64,000 bases of DNA from an uncultured Chloroflexia bacterium (lineage in GTDB: Bacteria; Chloroflexota; Limnocylindria; Limnocylindrales; CSP1-4): assembly GCA_963763775.1 (NCBI GenBank), contig CAVXPZ010000001.1:1408001-1472000 (forward strand). Reading direction: 5' to 3'. Below are positions 1 to 10,898 of the stretch, in pieces; position 1 is the first letter of the stretch; each line of letters opens with the position of its first letter. A program made the position numbers and the translations under genes. The notes below the pieces were generated by a model. That model saw only the letters and a list, made by a program, of their open reading frames with translations. It made no database searches and was not told the origin of the DNA.

Positions 1-16
1 CGAGTCGAGGTATGCC

Positions 17-547
17 GTGAGCGCCAGTCCATCACCAGCGTCGCCCGACGCCGACGGGGCAGGCCGGGCCAAGGTGTCGCCCGAGAAGAGGATGGCGCCG
101 CGGGTCGCTGCTGCCGCCCAAACGTTTGCAGTGGTGCTCGCCCTGGCGTCGCTTGCGGGATACTTCGCGTTCGCGGGCGCCCTTCTCGTCTACGACGCAG
201 GGGGCGGACTCGGCCCGATCGGATCGATCAATGACTCGAACCTGCTCCTCGTCATCAGAGCCTGTTCTCTGGCAGTGGCGCCCGCGACGTTCGCCGTGGC
301 GACCTGGCGGTTCGGAGTCCTCGGCGCCGTCGCTGCCGCACTAGGAATGATGATCCTGGGGCCCATCCTGTGGGGCGTGTCCCCGTGGAGCTCAGTCGAC
401 TCGTCGGCGCGATACGGGTACTACGACGAAGGACGTGGCTGGATCGGGCTGGGCGTCTACCTCGTCCTTGTCTGCTCATTCGTCATCGTCGCACCGACCA
501 CGTATGTCGCGCGCTGGATCTGGCGTCGCTTCCGTGACCCAGTCTGA
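17..547 (+). CDS. hypothetical multi-pass membrane protein
   Basis: 176-aa ORF with about 4 hydrophobic segments; GAGG upstream of GTG; no recognised family. Confidence 0.55.
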   Translation: MSASPSPASPDADGAGRAKVSPEKRMAPRVAAAAQTFAVVLALASLAGYFAFAGALLVYDAGGGLGPIGSINDSNLLLVIRACSLAVAPATFAVATWRFGVLGAVAAALGMMILGPILWGVSPWSSVDSSARYGYYDEGRGWIGLGVYLVLVCSFVIVAPTTYVARWIWRRFRDPV

Positions 548-722
548 CCGGCGCGATCTCGACGAGGCGACTGCAAACCACTCTCCGTCGCCTCCCACGA
601 GTTCGTCGGCGGCCAGAAGGGTCCCGAGTTCCAATACCGCCAGGCATGGCACCGATCAGGACGGCGATCCGACCGCCAGAACCGTCAGGATGCGCATCGC
701 TTCATGCACGGATGAGAGGGTT

Positions 723-798
723 TGGAGCGGGAGACGAGGTTCGAACTCGCGACATGCAGCTTGGAAGGCTGCCGCTCTGCCAACTGAGCTACTCCCGC
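723..798 (-). tRNA. tRNA-Gly (anticodon TCC)
   Basis: Reverse complement GCGGGAGTAGCTCAGTTGGCAGAGCGGCAGCC-TTCCAA-GCTGCATGTCGCGAGTTCGAACCTCGTCTCCCGCTCCA: 76 nt, D-arm, TTCGAA T-loop, encoded CCA. Confidence 0.97.
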
Positions 799-884
799 CC
801 GAGGGCGACGCGGACTCGATGCGGACCAGAACGTACCACGGAGGCGGGCTGCGACGGATCCGAGGGCGCTCGTGACCTCCGGAT

Positions 885-2171
885 CTACTCCGCTTCGAGC
901 CGCGGTCGGGCCAGCGAGTGGCGATGGCTGACGCGAGGCTCATCGGCGCCGCCGAGCTCCCAAGCGTCAGGTGCTGCCCGGGCGATCCGTCGACCGTACC
1001 AGGCACCCACCGGACCCGCGCTCAGGCCATGGAGGAACACCGAGAGCAGGACGGTCCACGTCACCACTCGCACCAGTGTTTCGGTGGCGGGATGCAGCGG
1101 GCCGAGTTCGTCGAAGGCGACGAGCAGGAAGACCACCGACGCGAGGCCACGCGGGCCGAACCAGCCGAGCAACGCGGTCGTGTCCCCTCGGAGGCGCGTC
1201 CCGAGCAGCGCGATGGCGACCGGGCCCATCCGCACGACCGTCAGGCTGAGCAGGGCGTAGCCGACGATCCTCACGTCGAAGCCGGACGCGATGACCGGAC
1301 CGGCGAGGACGACCCCGAACAGCAGCCAGACGAGATACGACGCGGCCGACCCGATCGACTCCGCGAATGCCACGGAGGGCTCCGATCGTGCCGTCGCCGT
1401 CCTGAAGGCGATCCCTGCCCCGAACGCGGCGACGAAGCCGTTCCCGCCGATCGCGGTCGCACCCGCGTACGCGAGGACAGCCAGGGCGACGACCGCGAGC
1501 GATTCGGACCCTCGCGATGCCCAACGGCGCCGGCGGGCCTCAGCCGCGATCCGGCCGCCGAGACCACCGACGATCACGGCGACCACGATCGCGAGGGCGA
1601 TCTCGGCGATGGCCGTCACCAGCCAGTCCTGACTGCCGGTTGACTCCTCGGCGACCGCCAGCGACAGCGACAGGGTCACGAAGGGCGTCGCGATGCCGTC
1701 GTTCAGCCCGCTCTCGATGTTGAAGGTCCGTCGGACCCGGACGGGGATGCCGCGATCGAGCAGCACGGGCAAGCTGAGGGCCGCGTCGGTCGGCGCCAGG
1801 ATGGATCCCATGACCAGGGCGAAGCCGACGCCGAGTGCCGGGAACAGCAGCCATCCGATGAGCGCCCCGGCGGCGATCGTCAACGGCAACCCGAACGCCA
1901 GCAGCCGACCCGGGAGCCAGGCGATCCGGCCCGCCTCACGGAGGCTGATCGTCGACGCATCCGTGAACAGGAGCAAGGCCAGGGTCAACTCGGCGAGCAC
2001 TCGGAACGGCTCGGACGTCGCCGGCGCGACGACCAGCCCGACGCCAGCCGGCCCGACGAGCGCACCGACCGTGACGAGGATGATCGGACCACTGATCGAC
2101 AGCCGGTCGAGTCGGACCGCGATCAGGGTGTAGGCGAGGATCACCAGGGCGACGAGAGCGATCTGGGGCAC
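885..2171 (-). CDS. cation:proton antiporter (CPA1, NhaP-like)
   Basis: Motifs LAPTDAA, ESGLNDG, WFGPRGLAS; about 12 TM; GTG start at 2171 with GGAG upstream. Confidence 0.9.
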   Translation of the reverse strand: MPQIALVALVILAYTLIAVRLDRLSISGPIILVTVGALVGPAGVGLVVAPATSEPFRVLAELTLALLLFTDASTISLREAGRIAWLPGRLLAFGLPLTIAAGALIGWLLFPALGVGFALVMGSILAPTDAALSLPVLLDRGIPVRVRRTFNIESGLNDGIATPFVTLSLSLAVAEESTGSQDWLVTAIAEIALAIVVAVIVGGLGGRIAAEARRRRWASRGSESLAVVALAVLAYAGATAIGGNGFVAAFGAGIAFRTATARSEPSVAFAESIGSAASYLVWLLFGVVLAGPVIASGFDVRIVGYALLSLTVVRMGPVAIALLGTRLRGDTTALLGWFGPRGLASVVFLLVAFDELGPLHPATETLVRVVTWTVLLSVFLHGLSAGPVGAWYGRRIARAAPDAWELGGADEPRVSHRHSLARPRLEAE

Positions 2172-2257
2172 CGATGTCTCCGGGAGGCTGCGGCGACTCC
2201 GACGCATGATGTGCCCACGACGAGCCCGGCGCACGACCGGCTCGTCATACTCGGGTC

Positions 2258-2707
2258 ATGCGATTTCGGACCACGTTGCTGCTGACCGGCAAGACGACCT
2301 GCGGGTTCCACGTGCCGCCCGAGGTGGTCGAGGCGCTCGGGAAGGGGAAGCGGCCACCCGTCGTGGTCACGATCAACGGCTACACGTACCGAAGCACGGT
2401 CGCCGTCTACGGCGACATCTTCATGCTCGGCGTCTCGGCGGAGCGCCGCGAGGCGAGCGGCGTCCAACCCGGCCAGGAGCTCGATGTCGACCTCGAGCTC
2501 GACACGGCGCCGCGTGAGGTCGAGGTCCCGGCAGACTTCGCCGCCGCGCTCGATGCCGTCCCGGAGGCGCGCCGCACCTTCGACGGCCTCTCGTACAGCA
2601 ACCAGTCCTGGCACGTCCTCCAGGTCGTGGGCGCCAAGACCGACGAGACGCGCCAGCGGCGCATCGAGAAGTCGGTGGCGACCCTCCGCGAGGGCCGCCC
2701 CCGCTGA
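2258..2707 (+). CDS. DUF1905 / YdeI-OmpD-associated family protein
   Basis: KRPPVVVTINGYTYRSTV and AKTDETRQRRIEK signatures. Confidence 0.85.
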   Translation: MRFRTTLLLTGKTTCGFHVPPEVVEALGKGKRPPVVVTINGYTYRSTVAVYGDIFMLGVSAERREASGVQPGQELDVDLELDTAPREVEVPADFAAALDAVPEARRTFDGLSYSNQSWHVLQVVGAKTDETRQRRIEKSVATLREGRPR

Positions 2708-2738
2708 CGAGCGGGCCGATCCAACAGGGCTCGTCAGC
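2703..2738. terminator. stem-loop after DUF1905 gene
   Basis: GCTGACGAGC...GCTCGTCAGC inverted repeat; no U-tract. Confidence 0.4.
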
Positions 2739-2750
2739 CGAAGGGTCGGT

Positions 2751-3542
2751 ATGCGCGACCTCATCCGCCAGATCGTCACGGTCCTCGTCTTCGCGGTGAC
2801 CGTGACCGTCAACGCGGCGGCCAACGCCCTGCCCATCAACGGGCAGCAGACCGGCGAGATCAGCGACCGCTTCCACGTGTTCGTGGTCCCGGCCGGGTAC
2901 GTGTTTTCGATCTGGGGCGTGATCTACGTGCTGTTGGCGGTGTTCACCGTCTACCAGGCGCTGCCGTCCCATCGCGAGGACCCGGTCATCCGGTCGATCG
3001 GATGGCTCGCGGCGCTGACCGGCGTCCTCAATTCGGCTTGGGTCCTGCTCTTCCAGTACGAACGCTTCGTCCTGACGGTCCCGGTGATGATCGGGCTGCT
3101 CGTGACGCTCATCGCGATCCACCTGCGCCTTTGGGAGTACCGCGAACGCCTGCGCGGCCCCGCGTATTGGGCCGTTCGGGCGCCATTCTCTGTCTACCTC
3201 GGCTGGATCACCGTCGCGACGATCGCCAACGTCGCCCAGACCGGGTCGGCGCTCGGCGTCGAACCGTTCGGGCTGCCTCCCGAGTGGGTGGCCGCGGCCG
3301 TGCTGCTGCTCGGTCTCGCGATCGCCGCTAGGTTCGTGACCGAGTTCGGGGACGTCGCCTACGGGCTGGTGATCATCTGGGCCTATGCCGGGATCGTGGT
3401 GAAGGAGCGAGACGTCGCCGTCGTCGCGATCGTCGCCGGCCTCTCGGCGGTCATCGTGGCGATCCTGGTCGTCGCGGTCCTGCGGCGAGGTCCCAACGAG
3501 CCGCTCCGGCTCACGAGGGTCACCGATCCGCGACCGGCCTGA
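2751..3542 (+). CDS. tryptophan-rich sensory protein (TspO/MBR-related) membrane protein
   Basis: PAGYVFSIWGVIY and SVYLGWITVATIAN motifs; ATG at 2751 inside ORF 2484..3542. Confidence 0.8.
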   Translation: MRDLIRQIVTVLVFAVTVTVNAAANALPINGQQTGEISDRFHVFVVPAGYVFSIWGVIYVLLAVFTVYQALPSHREDPVIRSIGWLAALTGVLNSAWVLLFQYERFVLTVPVMIGLLVTLIAIHLRLWEYRERLRGPAYWAVRAPFSVYLGWITVATIANVAQTGSALGVEPFGLPPEWVAAAVLLLGLAIAARFVTEFGDVAYGLVIIWAYAGIVVKERDVAVVAIVAGLSAVIVAILVVAVLRRGPNEPLRLTRVTDPRPA

Positions 3543-3560
3543 ACGGTCGGCCGATCCGTC

Positions 3561-5168
3561 CTAACGGTCGGCGCGGCCGCCGTTGCGGGCGATGCGCTCA
3601 CCCGGCAGCGAGGCGGGACCCGGGCGCTGGCCGCCCTGATGGGTCGGCCGCGGACCGGCCGCGTGCGCCGGACGAGGCGCGTGCCCGTACGACGGTCGTC
3701 CCGGCTGCGTGGGTCGACCCGGCTGCATCGGTCGGCCACCCTGGACCGGTCGCGAGGGCTGTCCCGGCCGCGCGGGCTGCGCGGGCCGCTGGCCGAGCCA
3801 CTGCCCCGGTTGGGCCGGACGACCGGCGTGCTGCGGACGACCCGTGGCCGGCTGGGCTCGGCCCGGACCGGCCGGATGCGCGCCCGGCTGTCGGGGCTCC
3901 GAGCGGCGTGCCGGGGCGTACCCGGACGACGGGCGGTGCCCACCGGCGACGCGTGGACCGGCGCCCGGCCGTGGGCCGGAACCGGGTCGGGCGCCACCGA
4001 GGCCGCCGCGAAGGATCGGCTCGGGGCGGATGCGCGGGTCGGGCTCGAAGCCGGCGATCGTCTCGGTCGGGATCGGATGGCCGAGCACGCCCTCGATGTC
4101 GCGCAGGAGCCGCTCCTCGTCGACGCAGACGAGCGAGATGGCCTTGCCGTCGACACCGGCGCGGCCCGTCCGGCCGATGCGGTGGACGTAGTCCTCCGCG
4201 ACCATCGGGAGCTCGAAGTTCACGACGTGCGGGAGCGCATCGATGTCCAGCCCGCGTGCGGCGACCTCGGTGGCGACGAGGATCGCGTAGCGGTTGGCCT
4301 TGAAGTCGGCCAGGGCGCGGACGCGCTGCGGCTGGCTCTTGTTGCCGTGGATCGCCGCGGACGGGATGCCGTCCCGCTCGAGCTGCTGCGCGAGGCGGTT
4401 CGCCCCGTGCTTGGTGCGCGTGAACACGAGGGCCTGGTAGATGACGTTGGTCTTGACGAGGTGGCTGAGCAGCTCGCGCTTGCGCTCGCGGTCGACGCGG
4501 TAGACGACCTGCTCGACGAGCTCGGACGCCGTGTTGCGCGGGGTGACCTGGACCGACGCGGGGTCGTGCAGGAGCCCGGACGCCAGCGCGCGGATCTCGT
4601 TCGAGAACGTCGCCGAGAAGAGCAGGTTCTGTCGACGGGCCGGCAGCAGGGCGAGGATCTTGCGGATGTCGCGGATGAAGCCCATGTCGAGCATGCGATC
4701 GGCCTCGTCGAGGACGAGGATCTCGACCGCGGACAGGTCGATGGTGTGCTGGCCGACGTGGTCGAGCAGCCGGCCGGGCGTCGCGACGACGATCTCGGGG
4801 CCGGCCCGGAGCGAGCGAACCTGGCCGTCGAAGCCGACGCCGCCGTAGATGGCGACCGAGCGGATCGGACGCGAGCGCCCGTAGGTGCGGACGCTCTCCT
4901 CGACCTGGAGCGCGAGCTCGCGGGTCGGGGCGAGGATCAGCGCCCGGATGCGGCGCTGGCCGTCGCGGCGCGAGCCGTGCAGCAGCTGGAGCATCGGGAG
5001 GACGAACGCGGCGGTCTTGCCGGTGCCGGTCTGGGCGCCGGCCATGAGGTCGCGACCGGCCAGGACGATCGGGATCGCCTGTTCCTGGACCGGGGTCGGC
5101 ACCGTGTAGCCCTCATCGGCGACGGCGCGAAGGAGCTCGGGCGACAGCCCGAGTTGATCGAATGACAT
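3561..5168 (-). CDS. rhlE: ATP-dependent DEAD-box RNA helicase, RhlE-like
   Basis: [36 protein letters not shown]; G/P/R/Q-rich tail. Confidence 0.93.
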   Translation of the reverse strand: MSFDQLGLSPELLRAVADEGYTVPTPVQEQAIPIVLAGRDLMAGAQTGTGKTAAFVLPMLQLLHGSRRDGQRRIRALILAPTRELALQVEESVRTYGRSRPIRSVAIYGGVGFDGQVRSLRAGPEIVVATPGRLLDHVGQHTIDLSAVEILVLDEADRMLDMGFIRDIRKILALLPARRQNLLFSATFSNEIRALASGLLHDPASVQVTPRNTASELVEQVVYRVDRERKRELLSHLVKTNVIYQALVFTRTKHGANRLAQQLERDGIPSAAIHGNKSQPQRVRALADFKANRYAILVATEVAARGLDIDALPHVVNFELPMVAEDYVHRIGRTGRAGVDGKAISLVCVDEERLLRDIEGVLGHPIPTETIAGFEPDPRIRPEPILRGGLGGARPGSGPRPGAGPRVAGGHRPSSGYAPARRSEPRQPGAHPAGPGRAQPATGRPQHAGRPAQPGQWLGQRPAQPARPGQPSRPVQGGRPMQPGRPTQPGRPSYGHAPRPAHAAGPRPTHQGGQRPGPASLPGERIARNGGRADR

Positions 5169-5383
5169 GAAGGAACGACTCCTGACGAGGCCCTCCCGCG
5201 CGGTGGCGGGGCCCGGTCAGGGCGTAGGTGGATCGAGATCGAAACGGTGTGGACCGGGGCGCTGACCGGAGCGCCTCATCGAGCACGAATGTGCCTTGAG
5301 CATACACGACGCGGCAGAACCTGCCCTTCGGCACTGGCCGGAGGCGGCTCCCGGGATGAGGATGGGCCGACAAGGAGGGTCAC

Positions 5384-5779
5384 ATGGCCTACACCGAAGA
5401 CATCCTCGAACGCACGCGCAGGAACACCTTCTTCCGCGAGGTCGTGGCGACCGCGGCGCACAGCCAGGTCGTGGTGATGAGCATCCCGCCGGGCGCGGAC
5501 ATCGGCCTCGAGACGCACACCGAACTCGACCAGGTCCTCGTGATCGTCGAAGGGCGCGGGTCGGTGGTCCTCGACGCGGAGACCCGGCTGGTCCTGCCCG
5601 GGACGCTCATCCAGGTCCCCGCGGGCACGCGGCACGACCTGACGAACGTCGGCGAGGTGGACCTGCGGCTCTACACGGTCTACGCACCGCCGGCGCACGC
5701 GCCGGGCACGGTCCACAGGACCAAGGCCGAGGCGGAGGCCGACGAGGCCGATCACCCGCTCGTCGGCGCCACCGTCTGA
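5384..5779 (+). CDS. cupin domain protein
   Basis: QVVVMSIPPGADIGLETH...DQ...PAGTRHD...LYTVYAPPAH; RBS AAGGAGG. Confidence 0.88.
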   Translation: MAYTEDILERTRRNTFFREVVATAAHSQVVVMSIPPGADIGLETHTELDQVLVIVEGRGSVVLDAETRLVLPGTLIQVPAGTRHDLTNVGEVDLRLYTVYAPPAHAPGTVHRTKAEAEADEADHPLVGATV

Positions 5780-5808
5780 CCGCGCAGCGCGGGCCGCGCG
5801 GCGGCCGC

Positions 5809-6198
5809 TCAGGCCTTGCGTTCGAGGATCGGGCGCGCGATGTCGGGCTTGTCGACGACGAACGCGAACATCGCGCGGTCGCCCCAGCGCCCCAGGAACA
5901 GGTGGCCGTAGATGTTGACGCCCGCGTCCGCGAGGGCGCGGGACAGCCGGGCCATGCCACCCGGCCGGTCATCGACCTCGGTCAGGATCGACTCGCCCTC
6001 GATGTAGGTGTAGCCACCGTCGTCGAGGACGGCCTTCGTCGCGGCGTCGTCGGCCGTGGTCATGATCACGTGACCCGAGTCGCCCATGCTCCCGCCGCCG
6101 ATGGCGCGCAGGTCGACGCCGCGGGCGGCGAGGGACTCAGCGAGCGTCGCCATCGCCCCGGGCTCGTTCTTCAGCTGGACCACGAACTGGTTGGCCAT
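5809..6198 (-). CDS. tandem ACT-domain protein
   Basis: Two ACT-like repeats (NEPGAMATLAESLAARGVD; DRPGGMARLSRALADAGVNI); RBS GGAGG. Confidence 0.8.
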   Translation of the reverse strand: MANQFVVQLKNEPGAMATLAESLAARGVDLRAIGGGSMGDSGHVIMTTADDAATKAVLDDGGYTYIEGESILTEVDDRPGGMARLSRALADAGVNIYGHLFLGRWGDRAMFAFVVDKPDIARPILERKA

Positions 6199-6265
6199 GC
6201 GACCCTCCGAGGACGACTGGGATGCCGGGATTCTAGCGGTCCCCGCTGTGCTAGCGTGCCGGCCG

Positions 6266-7091
6266 ATGGCCGACTCGACCGATCCGGGCGTCCGCGCCAC
6301 CGTCGACGCCGCGGGGATCCCCTTCTCCACGCTGAGCTGGGGCGATCCCGGCGGCCGCCCGCTCCTCCTCGTGCACGGCGTGACCGCGTCCGCGGCCATC
6401 TGGTGGCGCGTCGGTCCGAGGCTGGCCGCCGGCGGGCGGCGGGTGGTCGCCGTCGACCTGCCCGGGCACGGCCGGACGGGCCACTGGACCGGGCGGCATC
6501 GGTTCGTCGACACCGCCCGGGACGTCGCGGCCTTCATCGATGCCTGCGGGCTCGATGACGCGCGGCTCCAGGTCATCGGCCACAGCTGGGGGGCGATGGT
6601 CGCGGCCGCCCTGCCGTCGGCCGGGGTCCGCCCGGCGACGATCGTCCTGCTCGACCCGCCCGCGATCCCGGTCAGCGTGATCGGCTCGATGGCCAACGAC
6701 CCGACCTGGCGGACGTTCGCGACGCCCATCGAGGCGAACGCCGCGATCGCGGCCGCCAACCCGACGTGGATCGCGGGCGACGTGGCCGCTGCGGCCGACG
6801 CCATGCTGGCCGTCGACGTGGTGGCCGCGCGATCGATCGTGCTCGACAACGGCGACTGGGACGCGGGCCTCGCGGCGCTGGCCGACCCGGCGGCGTCCGG
6901 CATCCCGGTCTGGGTCGTCCGGGGCGACCCTCGGGCGGGCGGCCTGACGCTCGATCCGGCCGCCGACGGCGTACGCGGCCCGCTACGGGCCGGACCACGT
7001 CATCACGATCCCGGGTGCGCCGCACAGCCCGCAGCGGACCGATCTCGAGGCGACCGTGGCCGCGTTCGAGCAGGCGCTGGGCGCGGACTAG
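6266..7091 (+). CDS. alpha/beta hydrolase (frameshift near 6968)
   Basis: VHG, DLPGHG, GHSWG nucleophile elbow; catalytic-His region (IPGAPHSPQ) continues in another frame to TAG at 7091. Confidence 0.82.
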
Positions 7092-8626
7092 GCCGACGGG
7101 TCCCGGGCCTGACGGTCCGGCTTCGCCGTCGCGGCCGGCCCGGTGCGCGCCTCCCGCCGGATCGCGGCGGCCCGCTCGTACGCCTCGACGTAGCGCGGCG
7201 CGGACCCCGTGACCCAGTCGAAGTCGACGGCCATGCCCCGGTCGATCAGGCGCGACCAGGACGGCCCGCCGGCGGCCTGCATCGCCATCGCCTGCTCGCA
7301 CGCCCACACGAGCCCGTCCACCGTGTCGTTGTCGAACACGAACCCGGTGCCCGCAGCCGGATGCCGCGACTGGTCGACGACCGTGTCCGCCAGCCCGCCG
7401 GTCCTGTGGACGATGGGCGGGGTGCCGTACCGCAGGGCGATCATCTGGCCCTGCCCGCACGGTTCGAACCGGCTCGGCATGAGGAAGAGATCGCTGCCGG
7501 CATAGATCCGCCGCGCCATCGCGCGATCGAACCGCTCGAGCAGGGCGACGCGGTCCGGGTGCGCGGTCGCGAGCGTCCGGAACGGATCCGCGAGCTCCGG
7601 ATGGCCGCTCCCGAGCACCACGATCCTGGCTCCCCGGGCCAACAGCACCGGCGCCGCTCCGGCGACGAGGTCGAACCCCTTCTGCGGATCGAGCCGACCG
7701 ATGAGTCCCAGCACGGGCCGCGGATCGGTCGGATCGAACCCGACCCGCTCCAGCAGGTCCGCGCGGCAGGCGGCCTTGCCCCCGAGCGATCCGCGCGCAT
7801 AGGTCGCGGCGAGGTCGCCGTCCGTGGCGGGATCCCAGACCGTGGTGTCGAGGCCGTTGAGGATGCCGACGAACCGGTCGCCCCTGGCCCGCAGCAGGCC
7901 GTCGAGGCCCATCCCGAACGCCGGCGTCAGCGCCTCGGCCGCGAACCCGGGCGAGACGGTGTTGACGAGCTCGGCTCGCTCGATGCCGGCCGCCAGGAGG
8001 TCGATGCCGACGGCGTCGGTGGCCACGATCCCGTCGCCCGGACGCAGACCGAGCTGGCCGAGCCTCGCCCGGGGCGTCCAGCCGTGATACGCGAGGTTGT
8101 GGAGGGTCATGAGGATCGCGGCGCCGCCCACGACCGGATCGTCGGCGTAGCGGGCGTCGCGGAAGATCGCGGCCGGCCCGGTATGCCAGTCGTGGAGATG
8201 CAGCACGTCGACGGGGCGGCCGTCCGCGCGGAGGGCCTCGAGCGCCGCCCGCCCGAACATCCCGAACCGCCAGGCGTTGTCGGCGTAGTCGCCGGCGGCA
8301 TCGCCGTAGAAGCCTTCGCGGTCGAAGGCGGCGGGGTGGTCGACCAGCCGCAGTCGATAGCCGTCGGCGGCGACATCGATGACGCTGACCTCGCTGACGC
8401 CGGCCGGGGCTCGCGGATCCGGGACGCGGACCACGGACTCCCCGATGACGCGTTCGGGGAACGGCACCGTCCGATAGCGCGGCAGGAAGACGTCGACCGG
8501 CGCGTCCACGGCCCCGGCGGGCAGGCGTCCGAGCGCCCGGGCGAGCGCGTCCACGACATCGGCCAGTCCCCCGGTCTTGGCCCACGGTTCGCACTCGGCG
8601 GCGAGGAAGGCGATGCGGAGCGGCAT
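7088..8626 (-). CDS. glgA: glycogen synthase (GT5)
   Basis: KTGGLADV, HLHDWHT, RLDPQKG, PSRFEPCG, TGGLADTV. Confidence 0.95.
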   Translation of the reverse strand: MPLRIAFLAAECEPWAKTGGLADVVDALARALGRLPAGAVDAPVDVFLPRYRTVPFPERVIGESVVRVPDPRAPAGVSEVSVIDVAADGYRLRLVDHPAAFDREGFYGDAAGDYADNAWRFGMFGRAALEALRADGRPVDVLHLHDWHTGPAAIFRDARYADDPVVGGAAILMTLHNLAYHGWTPRARLGQLGLRPGDGIVATDAVGIDLLAAGIERAELVNTVSPGFAAEALTPAFGMGLDGLLRARGDRFVGILNGLDTTVWDPATDGDLAATYARGSLGGKAACRADLLERVGFDPTDPRPVLGLIGRLDPQKGFDLVAGAAPVLLARGARIVVLGSGHPELADPFRTLATAHPDRVALLERFDRAMARRIYAGSDLFLMPSRFEPCGQGQMIALRYGTPPIVHRTGGLADTVVDQSRHPAAGTGFVFDNDTVDGLVWACEQAMAMQAAGGPSWSRLIDRGMAVDFDWVTGSAPRYVEAYERAAAIRREARTGPAATAKPDRQARDPSA

Positions 8627-8712
8627 GCCGGGCATCCTAACGGCGGCCGTCGGCCACCGCCCGGGCCTAAACCGGTTCACACTCGTGAGGCGACCGCGTA
8701 TCATCCGCGCTC

Positions 8713-10893
8713 ATGGACCTCGTCCACGTCCCCGCGACCCCAGCTGCGTGGTTCCCGCTCCCGCCACGGCTGGAGGGGCTTCGCCGCCTCGCGTACAACC
8801 TCCACTGGGCCTGGCATCCGCGCACCCGCGGGCTGTGGTCGCTCATCGACCGGACCTCGTGGTATCGGTATCGGAACCCGATCCCGGTCATCAGCGGCGC
8901 CGTGGACTGGTCGCGGCTCCTCGACGACTCGAAGTTCCTCGCGGAGTACCACGACGTCCTCGCCGAATTCGACCAGTACATGGCGAACGGCACCGATCGC
9001 TGGTTCCAGCGCCGATACGGCGACGCCCTGAGCGGGCCGATCGCGTACTTCTGCGCCGAGTACGGCCTGCACGAGTCGCTCGGGATCTACTCCGGGGGCC
9101 TCGGGGTGCTCGCGGGCGACCACATGAAGACGGCCAGTGACATGGCCCTGCCGTTCCTCGGTGTCGGCCTGCTCTATCGGAAGGGCTACTTCCGCCAGTC
9201 CATCGACGCGGACGGGCACCAGGAGCACAACTACCCCGACTACGACCTCTCGCGCCTGCCGCTCTCGCGAGTCCAGGACCAGAACGGGCTGCCCCTGACG
9301 GTGACCGTGGAGCTGCCCGACCGCGACCTCGTGGTGGCGGTGTGGCTCGCCGAGGTCGGTCGCGTCCCGGTCCTGCTCCTCGACACGGACCTTCCGGAGA
9401 ACCTCGACCAGGACCGCCCGATCACGCACATCCTCTACGTCCGCGGTCGCGAGATGCGCCTCCACCAGGAGCTCGTGCTCGGCGTCGGCGGCGTCCGCGC
9501 GATCCGCGCCCTCGGCATCGCGCCAGCCGCGTGGCACCTCAACGAGGGGCATTCCGCGTTCCTGCTCGCCGAGCGCGCCCGCGAGCTCGTGCAGGGCGGG
9601 ACCAAGCTGGCGGACGCCTGGTCCACGGTCCGGCGCGACAGCGTGTTCACGATCCACACACCGGTCTCCGCCGGCAACGAGCGCTTCGACGCGGACCTGG
9701 TGCGGCGCGTGGCAGGCCCCCTCCTCGACCGCGGGAAGGTGCCCGTGGATCGCGTGCTCGAACTCGGGGTCGGCATGGACGGCGACCTCGGCCAGTTCGA
9801 CATGACGGCCTTCAGCCTGCGCCTGACGAACGGCGCCAACGCGGTGAGCCACCTGCACAGCCGCACGGCGAACGCGACCTGGACCGGGATCAGCGACCAC
9901 GAGATCCTCGGCCTGACCAATGGGATCCACGGCCCGAGCTGGGTGGGCACGCCGATCACGGACCTCCTCGCGCGCTACCTGGACGCCGACCTCGACGACC
10001 TCGATGCCACCAGCCAGCAGGGCCGGTTCTGGGAACGGATGGAGCGCATCCCGGGCCGCGACCTGTGGGAGGCGCACCTGCGCCAGAAGCGCGAACTCGC
10101 CCACTTCGCCCAGGGCCGGCTGCGCAGCCAGTTCGCACGGCACGGCGAGGCCCCGTCCGTGCTCGCCGAGCTCGACCAGGCCTTCGATCCCAAGGTCCTC
10201 ACGATCGGCTTCGCCCGCCGGTTCGCGACGTACAAGCGTGCCGGCCTGCTCTTCTCCGACATCGACCGGTTGAGCCGGATGCTGTGGGACCCCGACCGGC
10301 CCATCCAGATCGTGTTCGCCGGCAAGGCCCACCCCGCCGACCGGCCCGGCCAGCGGGTCATCCAGGAGATCTTCCAGCGCTCGCGCTCGCCACAGCTCCG
10401 CGGCCGCGTCTACATCCTCGAGGACTACGACATGCGCGTCGGGCGGTTCCTCGTCCAGGGCGTCGACGTGTGGCTGAACAACCCGCGCCGCCCGCTGGAG
10501 GCGTCGGGCACGTCCGGCATGAAGGCCGCGCAGAACGGCGTGCCGAACGTCAGCGTCCTCGATGGCTGGTGGGACGAGGGCTACACCGGCGACAACGGCT
10601 GGGCGATCGGCGGGCGCGAGACGAACCCCGACGAGGCCGCCCAGGACTGGGCGGACGCGCAGGACCTCTACCGGATCCTCGACGAGGAGATCATCCCGAG
10701 GTACTACGAGCGCGACGCGAACGGCACCCCGCCGCGCTGGCTCGAGGTGATGCGCCAGTCCATGGCGACCTCGCTCTGGGCGTTCTCCACGACCCGGATG
10801 CTCCACGAGTACGCGGAGCGGCTGTACCTGCCGGCCGCCGGTGTCGCCGTGCGTGAGACGACCAAGGCCCCGGCGGTCACGGAGGCGGGCTGA
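8713..10893 (+). CDS. glgP: alpha-glucan/glycogen phosphorylase (GT35)
   Basis: [37 protein letters not shown]-lysine motif. Confidence 0.95.
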   Translation: MDLVHVPATPAAWFPLPPRLEGLRRLAYNLHWAWHPRTRGLWSLIDRTSWYRYRNPIPVISGAVDWSRLLDDSKFLAEYHDVLAEFDQYMANGTDRWFQRRYGDALSGPIAYFCAEYGLHESLGIYSGGLGVLAGDHMKTASDMALPFLGVGLLYRKGYFRQSIDADGHQEHNYPDYDLSRLPLSRVQDQNGLPLTVTVELPDRDLVVAVWLAEVGRVPVLLLDTDLPENLDQDRPITHILYVRGREMRLHQELVLGVGGVRAIRALGIAPAAWHLNEGHSAFLLAERARELVQGGTKLADAWSTVRRDSVFTIHTPVSAGNERFDADLVRRVAGPLLDRGKVPVDRVLELGVGMDGDLGQFDMTAFSLRLTNGANAVSHLHSRTANATWTGISDHEILGLTNGIHGPSWVGTPITDLLARYLDADLDDLDATSQQGRFWERMERIPGRDLWEAHLRQKRELAHFAQGRLRSQFARHGEAPSVLAELDQAFDPKVLTIGFARRFATYKRAGLLFSDIDRLSRMLWDPDRPIQIVFAGKAHPADRPGQRVIQEIFQRSRSPQLRGRVYILEDYDMRVGRFLVQGVDVWLNNPRRPLEASGTSGMKAAQNGVPNVSVLDGWWDEGYTGDNGWAIGGRETNPDEAAQDWADAQDLYRILDEEIIPRYYERDANGTPPRWLEVMRQSMATSLWAFSTTRMLHEYAERLYLPAAGVAVRETTKAPAVTEAG

Positions 10894-10898
10894 GCGAC

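Noticed and set aside
3639-5165. Long antisense or alternate-frame ORFs (also 8701..10905, 56796..58748, 60118..61821 and others)
   Set aside because: Shadow ORFs expected at this GC content opposite well-supported genes
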